NCBI GenBank assembly: GCA_964385185.1
Contig: CAYLOA010000001.1
Span: 76,507-113,140, forward strand
DNA: 36,634 nucleotides
DNA from: an uncultured Methanosarcinales archaeon
GTDB lineage: Archaea; Nanobdellota; Nanobdellia; Woesearchaeales; CALCXY01
Direction: 5' to 3'
Below, piece by piece: positions 19,182 through 27,542 of the stretch. Under the pieces are notes generated by a model. The model did not search any database. It was not told where the DNA came from and saw only the letters and a list, made by a program, of their open reading frames with translations. Position numbers and translations under genes: made by a program. The number at the start of each line of letters is the position of its first letter. Position 1 is the first letter of the stretch.

Positions 19182-19550
19182 TTAATAACCTTCTAACTCA
19201 TAATCTTCGAATACTTCATAAGTTCCATTAGAATTAGATCCAAAACTAACTACTTCCATTCTATCTCCTATAAATGGGCAACCAAAATTCTTATTATTCT
19301 GTAGACCCAAGTACAATCCTTGGAGAAAAATAGGATAAGCGGCAGCTCCTTGCAATGTATTTCCATGCTTTTTAATTGAATTTAAAATATCAGCTCTACT
19401 TACATTTTTCCCACCAAGCTCTGCAAAAATTTTGCTCCCTAAAGTTTCAGAAGGAAAAGCTACACCATGAATACGATCAATAACACCTTCCACCCAACTA
19501 GGTGATACAGGTTGATCCTTTGCAAGTAGTGTATTAATAGTTGATTTCAT
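19182..19550 (-). CDS. Hypothetical protein
   Basis: ATG 19550 lies 23 nt from a TATA-like box at 19573-19580 (alternative start 19556). Confidence 0.65.
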   Translation of the reverse strand: MKSTINTLLAKDQPVSPSWVEGVIDRIHGVAFPSETLGSKIFAELGGKNVSRADILNSIKKHGNTLQGAAAYPIFLQGLYLGLQNNKNFGCPFIGDRMEVVSFGSNSNGTYEVFEDYELEGY

Positions 19551-19609
19551 ATACATAAGGAATTCATATTGTTATATAAATGTAACTTTTTTTAATATTA
19601 TGTAACACT

Positions 19610-20137
19610 TTAAACATCCAACAATCTCAACACTTTATCCTTCAATTCATCATAACTACCATTATTATCAACAACTTGATGAGCTTTCTCTAACACTTTC
19701 CCAATACCTAGATGAACTAATTGAGCTTCATCACGTGATTTTGCAGTTTCAAAATCAAGTGGCCGAACTTTCCTACTCACCAAACGATCATGTCTGTTAG
19801 AAGTATCACTAATAATAGCAACTAACTGTGCCATAGGAAACTGATCTAACCAATACTTCCACTCAGCCTCATGGTATACACCTTCAATAACTACCTTATT
19901 CTTATCCAAAATCTTACCATGACTCCTGAGAGCATACACATCATTACCATGTAACTTCCGTAACCCTTCCCTCACAACACGTTCACTCTCTTCTCCAGGT
20001 TCCATTCCCTGCTTAGCTATCTCCTCTTCAGTAACATCACCCGTCCGAACAACATGATATCCCTCAGCAGCAAGTATTCTAGCCACAGCTGATTTTCCAC
20101 TACCAGGCATACCGACGAGACAAAATATTTTATTCAT
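19610..20137 (-). CDS. P-loop nucleotide kinase (dephospho-CoA kinase/UPF0200-like)
   Basis: IFCLVGMPGSGKS, GDV, LRKLHG, VVIEGV, RDEAQL, VVDNNGS; ATG 20137 preferred. Confidence 0.85.
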   Translation of the reverse strand: MNKIFCLVGMPGSGKSAVARILAAEGYHVVRTGDVTEEEIAKQGMEPGEESERVVREGLRKLHGNDVYALRSHGKILDKNKVVIEGVYHEAEWKYWLDQFPMAQLVAIISDTSNRHDRLVSRKVRPLDFETAKSRDEAQLVHLGIGKVLEKAHQVVDNNGSYDELKDKVLRLLDV

Positions 20138-20274
20138 ACTTTCCACAAAATCTTCAAATCTACTTATAGGTTTCGAAAATACCACTCAACGAACCCCAAA
20201 ATCCTCCAAACATCCCAAAAATATTACCAAAAAAAAGTCTAAAGACATATTAAAGACAAAGACTACTATAATTC

Positions 20275-20556
20275 ATGACAAACATGAACTTAATCGTAAT
20301 TGAAAAAGACACCATCTACAACACCCAACTCAATCATAAAATGATCATCTCATTGATCAATAATCTATTCAGAGGGATCAACACTCTAAAAAGATTACCC
20401 CTTCAAAAACCAGGATTATGTGGGGGATATGTCATTATCGACTTCAATCTGAGGATGCTCTTCTTCTCACAATCTACATTCGGATTAAAAGAATTGAAAG
20501 ACGATATTCTCAAATTTCTTGAAAAAAAGAAATGGTTTATCAATTATTATAGGTGA
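20275..20556 (+). CDS. Hypothetical protein
   Basis: 93-aa ORF with an upstream TATA-like box; GGYVIIDFN motif. Confidence 0.6.
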   Translation: MTNMNLIVIEKDTIYNTQLNHKMIISLINNLFRGINTLKRLPLQKPGLCGGYVIIDFNLRMLFFSQSTFGLKELKDDILKFLEKKKWFINYYR

Positions 20557-20585
20557 TACAATGACAACACAAAGTTTAAATAGAA

Positions 20586-20614
20586 GTTATACAAAGGTTA
20601 TACTAAAGTATAAC
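20586..20614. promoter_or_regulatory. Probable vapBC autorepression operator
   Basis: GTTATAC (20586), GTTATAC (20597) and inverted GTATAAC (20608) at 11-bp spacing, just upstream of the antitoxin ATG. Confidence 0.7.
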
Positions 20615-20626
20615 AATTTTGCTAAA

Positions 20627-20836
20627 ATGGCACATAAAGTAAAAGTACGAAAATGGGGAAATTCATTAGGAATACTACTTCCAAAGGAATTGGTAGAAAA
20701 AAGAGAACTAAAAAATGGAGTAGAAATCCTAGTAGAAGTGGTAAATCCAACTCAATTTGACAAAATATTTGGTTCCCTAAAATTAAAAAGATCTACTAAA
20801 GAAATAATGAAAGAAATTAAAGAGGGTTGGAATTGA
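20627..20836 (+). CDS. vapB: AbrB/MazE-type antitoxin
   Basis: KVRKWGNSLGILLPKELVEKRELKNG; overlaps a PIN toxin gene. Confidence 0.9.
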   Translation: MAHKVKVRKWGNSLGILLPKELVEKRELKNGVEILVEVVNPTQFDKIFGSLKLKRSTKEIMKEIKEGWN

Positions 20837-21195
20837 TTCAATCTTATTTCTTCGATACATATGCACTTTTCGAACTTCATAATGCTAATCCTGAATATAA
20901 TAAATTTAATGGAGCCGCAATAATAACAACCAAAATGAATGTAATGGAATTCCATTATGGATTGCTTAAAGATTTCGAAAAAACTGAAGCTAATCAAAAA
21001 GTAGACAATCTTAAAAATTTTATTGTTGAATTTGATTTTGAACACATAAAACTCGCAAATCAGTTAAAGAGAAAAATAAAAGGTTTATCCTATGTTGACT
21101 GCTTAGGGTATATCGTGGCATTGAAAAACGGAGTATTCTTTGTAACTGGTGATGAAGGATTCAAAGATCTCCCAAATGTAGAATTCATCAAGTAA
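20827..21195 (+). CDS. vapC: PIN-domain toxin VapC
   Basis: YFFDTYALFE, NVMEF, LSYVDCLGY, VTGDEGF; start may be TTG 20833 (TTGA overlap). Confidence 0.92.
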   Translation: MELIQSYFFDTYALFELHNANPEYNKFNGAAIITTKMNVMEFHYGLLKDFEKTEANQKVDNLKNFIVEFDFEHIKLANQLKRKIKGLSYVDCLGYIVALKNGVFFVTGDEGFKDLPNVEFIK

Positions 21196-21229
21196 CAAAC
21201 CTTTTAAACATCTCATTCTTCCTAAAATC

Positions 21230-21925
21230 ATGCACATCATGATTGACGGTATTGATTCTAGTGGTAAAGGCACAGCCACTACAGCCTTAAAAGAATTCTA
21301 TGAAAAAGATAAGAAAGTCTTAGATCTAAGAGAATATTGGAAAGAAAATGAAGGATTTCCAGATATAGCAAATTTCGACGTAATAATTGCAACAGAACCT
21401 ACATTCACACATATCGGAAAAGAAATACGAGAAGTACTCATAAAAAACAAAACAAAACATTCTCCTAAAGAAATAGCTAAAGCATTCTCAGAAGATAGAA
21501 AAGAATTGTATGAAAAAATAGTCATTCCAGCAAAAGAACAACATAAAATCGTCATCCAAGAGCGTGGAGTGATCACCTCTTTAGCATATCAACCCTTAAT
21601 GGATAATCTAAGCAAAGAAGAAGTCCTAGCATTGGAAGGAAATCAATTCTGTCTAAATCACGCTCCAGACTTACTCATATTAACAACAGTAGATCCTAAA
21701 GTTGCCATAGAAAGAATCAATGCAAGACATGAAAAAAAAGATGATGCCATCTTCGAAAATGAAGAATTCCTCATTAAGGCCCAAGCAGCTTATCAATCTG
21801 ACTGGATAACTCACATATTCGAAAGCAAAGGAACAAAAATAATCTCCCTAAACACTAATCCACCTAAAACACCAGAAGATACTAAAAAAGAAATTGTTGA
21901 AATAATCTCACATAGCACACAATAA
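21230..21925 (+). CDS. tmk: Thymidylate kinase
   Basis: IDGIDSSGKGT P-loop, TEPT, QERGVITSLAYQ, PDLLIL. Confidence 0.9.
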   Translation: MHIMIDGIDSSGKGTATTALKEFYEKDKKVLDLREYWKENEGFPDIANFDVIIATEPTFTHIGKEIREVLIKNKTKHSPKEIAKAFSEDRKELYEKIVIPAKEQHKIVIQERGVITSLAYQPLMDNLSKEEVLALEGNQFCLNHAPDLLILTTVDPKVAIERINARHEKKDDAIFENEEFLIKAQAAYQSDWITHIFESKGTKIISLNTNPPKTPEDTKKEIVEIISHSTQ

Positions 21926-22036
21926 TCCTGAATACATATATTCCTCAATAAATTCCTGTACTCCAGTATTATTAAGAAGACTCAAATTAACATGTTGTAA
22001 TGTTCTTGTCAATTTTGGATATAATTTATCGTCCAT
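21908..22036 (-). CDS. Putative 42-aa microprotein
   Basis: MDDKLYPKLTRTLQHVNLSLLNNTGVQEFIEEYMYSGLLCAM; SD GAGGGTGA; TAATG overlap with the upstream micro-ORF. Confidence 0.45.
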   Translation of the reverse strand: MDDKLYPKLTRTLQHVNLSLLNNTGVQEFIEEYMYSGLLCAM

Positions 22037-22125
22037 TATGTATCACCCTCTGTTTCTTTTCCATCTGTATCGAAAAAGTCCTTCAATTTTTTTGTACGCC
22101 TACTTGCGTCATAACTAACTACCAT
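22036..22125 (-). CDS. Putative 29-aa microprotein
   Basis: MVVSYDASRRTKKLKDFFDTDGKETEGDT; SD GAGGTG. Confidence 0.45.
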   Translation of the reverse strand: MVVSYDASRRTKKLKDFFDTDGKETEGDT

Positions 22126-22180
22126 GAATGCACCTCTCTTTTTAAGTATTACTGGCGTCAAATGACACCTTTCAAACATC

Positions 22181-23656
22181 CTATTTGTATTGAAATGGTT
22201 GATCTTGTTTATACGTATTTCCTTGCTTTAATGCAATCTCTGCTTTGGTCAACTCATGACCCATATAATAACCGTGCTCTGGAATACTTAACAAACCTTC
22301 TCGCACGATTTGTTTTCTCAATTGATACGCATTTAACCCTTCAAATTTCTTCAATTGCTCGCCATTAGGCGAAGTATACTTCACAACAATCTTCTTTCCT
22401 TCAAGACTCACCACAAAGTTTCCTCGTGGATCGTAAATTAAGGAAGGATCAGTTTGAACATGCTCTGTATAGTATTTTTCAATAATATCCTTGCAACTTT
22501 CCCAAGTATTTTCATACAAATGGGCAGATTCTGAATTGATAATCAAATCCCCAATCTTAATTTCAACTTTTTTACCAAGTGCCCCTATTAAATCTTTTCG
22601 TATCACTTCCTGAAGACAACGCAGTGCCATCACGTTCTGAGGGTAAGCCATAAACATGTCATTTGACCTAAATGTTACCGTCATAAACAACTTACCTTCC
22701 CGAACTCGCACCCAAATATGATTCAAACAAGGAGGGACATCACTATTAATATCCTTTTTAGGATCCCAAAGTACAATAACAGCTTGTCGTTCATGAATAT
22801 TATTCTTCAATTTTTCAACAACTTTCTCCACTTGGTCAAATCCAAAATGACTTCTAATCCGCATACCATAGGTATAACTTACATCTTTAGGTTTAAAGTC
22901 GGTAGTAATCGTTTTAGTATACTCTTTGATATGATTTAAATCATAAGGAAACGCATCAGGTAAAAATAACTTATTTGGATCTTCATCAGTAATAACAGTT
23001 ACAAGATTGATCAACTCTTTTACTTTGGTCCCATCAGGGTTTTCAGTGGTTCTTCCAAATTTCAAGATAAAATCAAGCACTTTCAACCAAGATTCAACAA
23101 CTTTCTCACTTCGCATGACAAATGCATTCTCTAACGTTGCATATTCATTAAAATCTTCTTCCACTCGCTCATAGATCTTTTCTTTTCGATCAGCCTCAGG
23201 AATGGTGACCATGCTCTTATCAAAATCTGCAATATCTTCAACTTTAACACAAGTAATACTCTCACGTAAGGCATCCAAATCTTTTTCATCAATATCTAAT
23301 CCGATAAAACCATCAAACTCTCCCTTAACAACCCAACAATCTCTTTGTGTTGATTTTGTCTTGCCTTTTTCAAACCCTTTGTTAAAAAAATCATGCAAAA
23401 CAATTCCAGACTTGGAAAGATCATTTCCAGTAACCACTAAAATCTTAATTTGAGGATTAGCCAATAAACTTCGAACTAAAACATCAATACCTCTTTCAGC
23501 ATTATACAATTGACCGATAACAGCATACTCTTTTTTATCAATCTTCTTAGCAACAGCATCTTTCATAGTCCAAAGAGTAATAATTGCCGTATCAGAATCA
23601 GGATTGCCTAAAATAAGTGCCTTCTCAGCCGCTTTATCTACTATTTTGTATACCAT
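22181..23656 (-). CDS. thyA: Thymidylate synthase fused to N-terminal MtrA-like and C-terminal DUF4346-like domains
   Basis: YTYGMRIR, PPCL, FRSNDM...PQN, SAHLYE; N-terminal AIITLWT...ANPQIKILVVTG; C-terminal DPRGNF...HGYYMGHELTKAEIALKQGNTYKQD. Confidence 0.88.
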   Translation of the reverse strand: MVYKIVDKAAEKALILGNPDSDTAIITLWTMKDAVAKKIDKKEYAVIGQLYNAERGIDVLVRSLLANPQIKILVVTGNDLSKSGIVLHDFFNKGFEKGKTKSTQRDCWVVKGEFDGFIGLDIDEKDLDALRESITCVKVEDIADFDKSMVTIPEADRKEKIYERVEEDFNEYATLENAFVMRSEKVVESWLKVLDFILKFGRTTENPDGTKVKELINLVTVITDEDPNKLFLPDAFPYDLNHIKEYTKTITTDFKPKDVSYTYGMRIRSHFGFDQVEKVVEKLKNNIHERQAVIVLWDPKKDINSDVPPCLNHIWVRVREGKLFMTVTFRSNDMFMAYPQNVMALRCLQEVIRKDLIGALGKKVEIKIGDLIINSESAHLYENTWESCKDIIEKYYTEHVQTDPSLIYDPRGNFVVSLEGKKIVVKYTSPNGEQLKKFEGLNAYQLRKQIVREGLLSIPEHGYYMGHELTKAEIALKQGNTYKQDQPFQYK

Positions 23657-24159
23657 TATGCTTTACCTTTTCCAGGCTCTACTGATCCTAAATCCATTAA
23701 ACTATATAACTTATGTTCTAACACTTCACCGGATTGAGCGTCAACTTTAACATTTAATGTTTGAAAACTCTGAGTAATCATGGTAAAGTTATAGACTTGC
23801 CCTTGCTCTAAATGTTGTAAGACACACATAGTCTTTATAGGATCATGAGCAGAATACGTTTTTTTCTGAAGTTCTGTTGCAGATTCTAAGGCAGCTTCAT
23901 ATTCAATCTTTATTTCTTGTTTATTCAAGGGTAAAATTTTATTTTCATCTTTTTTGAAGATTTTATCTTCATCCCCTACAATCAATGTATCTTTTTCAAA
24001 ATGCATTGCAGTTATAGTATCATCCACATTGTAAAATCCAATCTCTCGATTTTCCTCTTGAAAGAATAAATGAACTAAGTAACTCTCAGAATGTGTTTTC
24101 TTCCACTCTTTAAATGCCTCAGCACCCTCAACAGCTTCAATAAAACGTAGTAATTGCAT
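23656..24159 (-). CDS. Conserved-looking hypothetical protein with a PepSY-like C-terminus
   Basis: 167 aa; ends NVKVDAQSGEVL; 1-nt stop/start overlap with thyA. Confidence 0.75.
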   Translation of the reverse strand: MQLLRFIEAVEGAEAFKEWKKTHSESYLVHLFFQEENREIGFYNVDDTITAMHFEKDTLIVGDEDKIFKKDENKILPLNKQEIKIEYEAALESATELQKKTYSAHDPIKTMCVLQHLEQGQVYNFTMITQSFQTLNVKVDAQSGEVLEHKLYSLMDLGSVEPGKGKA

Positions 24160-24240
24160 AAAAATTGGATAATGCTAGACTATTTAAAACTTGTTTACGC
24201 CCAAAATCTCCTCAAATAAGTAAATATATACCATTCCCAA

Positions 24241-24290
24241 ATCTATATAGAATATAGATACATTTATATATATTAGAACAATATCTATAT
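24241..24290. promoter_or_regulatory. Inverted and direct ATCTATAT repeats upstream of the second AbrB-PhoU gene
   Basis: ATCTATAT-AGA-ATATAGAT at 24241-24259 and another ATCTATAT at 24283-24290. Confidence 0.4.
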
Positions 24291-24319
24291 ACTAATAAGA
24301 AACGAATTATCCTAAAAAA

Positions 24320-25234
24320 ATGCAAAAACGACTCGTAGCTCAAGGAAACGCAACATTAACACTATCACTTCCTTCTAAATGGATTAAGGAAAACAACCTA
24401 GTTAAAGGTGATGAAGTTAATCTTAATGTTGAAGGAAAAGATATTGTTATTAGCACGGAAAATAAAGATGGACTAGAAAAACTAACACTTGACACCAAAA
24501 CACAGTCATTTGAAAAACAATATTTACATACATTCTATCATTTAGGATTTGATGAAGTAGAAATTCTCTATCAAGATCAAAAAGTAGTCGACTTAATTAA
24601 AAAACACATTGGGGGATGCATCGGATTTGAAATCGTTGACCAAACCATGGACAAAATAGTAATTAAAAATCTAAGTGCGGGTCCGATGGAGTCAGAGTTT
24701 AACACAATATTAAGAAAAATATTCTTAGTCACTAAAGATATTGGGTTACAACTTGAAGAATTTGTCCAAAATAAAAATTATGACAAAATAAAAAGCGTTG
24801 CATCTATGGAAGATAACAATGTTAAATTCATTTCCTTCTGTTTGAGAGTTCTAAACAAGCATGGCTACAAAGATTCACAGAAGAAAACTAACATTTACTA
24901 TGCTATTATCGAAAATCTAGAAATGATTGGAGATGAATACAAATACTTAGCAAACTTTATTGCTGATAATAAAAAGAAAATAGTCATAGACAAAGATCTT
25001 AATCAAGTATTAAAACAAACAAATGAATTTTTTCAAGAGTTCTATGATATTTTTTACAAGTTTGAAAAAGATAAACAAATTGATATCATAAAAATGAGAA
25101 ATGAGTTATATGATAAAGCAAATGAATTATTCCTAAAACAAGATGTGTATGGAGCAAAATTTCTCCATCATTTAATCAATATTATTAATTTTACACGAGA
25201 AACGGTTAATATTTATTATGAAGCGAGATTCTGA
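24320..25234 (+). CDS. AbrB-domain / PhoU-family regulator (second paralog)
   Basis: KRLVAQGNATLTLSLPSKWIKENNLVKGDEV, YHLGFDEV, GFEIVDQ, LNKHG, ENLEMIGDEYKY; 304 aa like the first copy. Confidence 0.9.
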   Translation: MQKRLVAQGNATLTLSLPSKWIKENNLVKGDEVNLNVEGKDIVISTENKDGLEKLTLDTKTQSFEKQYLHTFYHLGFDEVEILYQDQKVVDLIKKHIGGCIGFEIVDQTMDKIVIKNLSAGPMESEFNTILRKIFLVTKDIGLQLEEFVQNKNYDKIKSVASMEDNNVKFISFCLRVLNKHGYKDSQKKTNIYYAIIENLEMIGDEYKYLANFIADNKKKIVIDKDLNQVLKQTNEFFQEFYDIFYKFEKDKQIDIIKMRNELYDKANELFLKQDVYGAKFLHHLINIINFTRETVNIYYEARF

Positions 25235-26652
25235 TTAAAAAATATAATGGGCATTCTATACTCTAAAGGTTGATTTCTTTGAATAGTAGGTAATGCATAC
25301 AATACAAAAGGAGATACTTGCTCTAATCCTTGTTGTCCTAAAGGCTGTACAGGATTCAGATATCCACTTACATAATCTTGTAATGATTTCATCCTTTCAT
25401 CTTGACTAGACATAATTTGATTCAATACAGAGGATTTCATAGCTTCTAATTGTTCACTTCCCTCATATCCTGAAGCGATTCTTTCATCCATAGTCTCTAA
25501 AGCAATCTCAAGTGACTTTTGAGCTCGAGTAAGTCTTGTTTCAACATCATCTTCACCACTCAGTGCTCGTTGAACGTGATCTCCTACTTTAGTAACAGAA
25601 TTTTTAATTAACTCTAAATCTACGATCTCATTCAAATAATCCATATTTTTTCCTGTTCTCTGTTGATAAGCACCTACTAACTCAGTTCTAATCTGTTCTC
25701 TTCGTTCTGAGCTAAACTCTCTATCAGCATGAGTCATCAAAGAAACCATATAAAAGGTTAAATCGTGAGCTTCAGACCTCAGTTCCATATCAATTCCTGC
25801 ATAACGTGAAGATCTTGGTTCTAGATCTAACATTTGTCCTGAAACAGAAACGTTTGCATCTCGTACGTCTCCCATTGAGACAAACTTAGACTCACCATAC
25901 TTTGCTAATGCAGTATCAATTAAATCAATAAAACCTGTTACAGCTTTTTTATCATCTTTTGAAAAATTACCAATCTCATCGTAAAATCGTCTTCGTAAGG
26001 TATTTCCATCTTTAGCTTCTCGAATCTTAATTCCTTTTTTACCTAATCCAAATCGTATAGCGTCACTGTTCATAGCTGCAGGAACTAATACATTCTCTAC
26101 AGTATTAACAAAAACGTCCAATGAACCTTGACTAGCATCAATACTTGTTTGATCTCCGGAAGCGTCATAATCTTTTATACCAAAATGGAGTGTTTTTCCT
26201 TCATTGTCTCTCATCTTTATGGCTGATCCAATATAGCCAGCAACAGGAATATGTTCACCAAATACCTCACTCACTTTAATTTCATTCTTTAATTCCTTAC
26301 CATGATCATAAGCTTTCAGAATAACGGTTTCTTGTTGACCATTAGCTTTTTCATACGTAAATTTGCAAACTCCATGAGTAGAAACAATGGGTGGTTTTTC
26401 AGGCGAGTAAGAATCTCCCTGATCCATTGCATGTGAATAATCTGCTTGACTTATTCTTCCTTGTTGTAACAACATATTCAAAATAAGTTTGCTACTAATA
26501 GTATGATCTACGTTCTTAAATGATTCACCAGATATAGCTGAATAATGACCACCGAGTGGTTGAAATCTCTCTTCAGGTGATTGATGTAATGAAAAATCTA
26601 CTCTAGGAAAAGTACTATTTGCAAGTATGCTATCTAAATTACTAGCCACCAT
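25216..26652 (-). CDS. APH/choline-kinase-like phosphotransferase-fold protein
   Basis: VILKAY (beta3 Lys), LKNEIK (alphaC Glu), SMGDVRDAN (D-x4-N), MLDLE; ATG 26652 lies 23 nt from a TATA box. Confidence 0.7.
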   Translation of the reverse strand: MVASNLDSILANSTFPRVDFSLHQSPEERFQPLGGHYSAISGESFKNVDHTISSKLILNMLLQQGRISQADYSHAMDQGDSYSPEKPPIVSTHGVCKFTYEKANGQQETVILKAYDHGKELKNEIKVSEVFGEHIPVAGYIGSAIKMRDNEGKTLHFGIKDYDASGDQTSIDASQGSLDVFVNTVENVLVPAAMNSDAIRFGLGKKGIKIREAKDGNTLRRRFYDEIGNFSKDDKKAVTGFIDLIDTALAKYGESKFVSMGDVRDANVSVSGQMLDLEPRSSRYAGIDMELRSEAHDLTFYMVSLMTHADREFSSERREQIRTELVGAYQQRTGKNMDYLNEIVDLELIKNSVTKVGDHVQRALSGEDDVETRLTRAQKSLEIALETMDERIASGYEGSEQLEAMKSSVLNQIMSSQDERMKSLQDYVSGYLNPVQPLGQQGLEQVSPFVLYALPTIQRNQPLEYRMPIIFFNQNLAS

Positions 26653-26809
26653 ATGAATAAACAAGCGATTTGACTATATAAATCTTACGAAATTCTAACT
26701 GAATAGTAGTAACTGATAGCCTTTTTTCTATATTGAAATGCCCAAATAAGAAGGAAAATATATAGAAAAATCATACCAAGAAAGTAATTCTTTAGAAATT
26801 AACACCAAA

Positions 26810-26854
26810 CTCGCGCGCTAATGGTCGCGCGAGAGTCGGCTTGCTGTGCAAGCC
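26810..26854. repeat. Tandem GC-rich hairpin pair
   Basis: CTCGCGCG-N8-CGCGCGAG (26810-26833) and GGCTTGC-TGT-GCAAGCC (26838-26854). Confidence 0.7.
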
Positions 26855-26876
26855 ATTACCTTTGTCTAATTCAACT

Positions 26877-27464
26877 TCATATATCAAAAAACATTCCAAA
26901 AGGTCCTGGATTAACACAAATAGTTTTCTTAATCTTATCTTTCTTCCCAAAATTCTCATGTAAATGTCCTGCAAAAGCATATTCGGGTTGTAATTTCTCA
27001 ATAACATCCCTAACAGTCTTACAACCTGCATCAGCACCATGAACATTATCTAATGTAGTATGAACAGGGGGAGCATGTGTTAAAAATATCCATTTCTTAC
27101 CTGATAACTTCCCTTTCACCGTTTGATAATAAGCCTTCATCCATTTATCTGTTACGCTAAAACCTCCGCCACCAAATCCACTAAAGATAACATCATCAAC
27201 TTCAACTAAAGCTTCATGGGCAAAAATAATATTCTTAGTATCTTCACATTGCTTTTGCATAGTATCCTCTTCTTCATGATTTCCATGTATCATAAGAATA
27301 GGTTTACCCAATCCATCTAAATCTTTCATAACGCCCCTGAAATTCTGCTCAAAAACAGTCACATCTCCTATACAAATAATAAGATCTGCTTTCTTAGCTT
27401 TCTCTTTAAGCTGTTTCAAAGCCTTCATACTCCCATGACTATCGCCAAATGCTAATATTTTCAT
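26877..27464 (-). CDS. Calcineurin-like metallophosphoesterase
   Basis: GDSHG, IGD, HGNHE, THAPP, AGHLHE, VNPG. Confidence 0.93.
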   Translation of the reverse strand: MKILAFGDSHGSMKALKQLKEKAKKADLIICIGDVTVFEQNFRGVMKDLDGLGKPILMIHGNHEEEDTMQKQCEDTKNIIFAHEALVEVDDVIFSGFGGGGFSVTDKWMKAYYQTVKGKLSGKKWIFLTHAPPVHTTLDNVHGADAGCKTVRDVIEKLQPEYAFAGHLHENFGKKDKIKKTICVNPGPFGMFFDI

Positions 27465-27542
27465 AACTATACAAGATTAAAGACGTTATTTAAATCTTAC
27501 GCAATCCAAAGTCTTTTAAATGAAATAACATTCCCAATATAT

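Noticed and set aside
20519..20626. Longer N-terminus for the antitoxin
   Set aside because: The extension runs through the operator repeats and the AbrB motif begins at ATG 20627, although an SD-like AGGTGA before ATG 20561 leaves slight doubt.
22181..23656. dCMP hydroxymethylase or DNA hypermodification enzyme
   Set aside because: It keeps the dUMP-specifying Asn (PQN) rather than Asp, and no phage or glycosyltransferase genes are nearby.
26800..26870. tRNA or CRISPR repeat
   Set aside because: No cloverleaf or T-loop motif, and no repeat-spacer periodicity here or elsewhere in the window.
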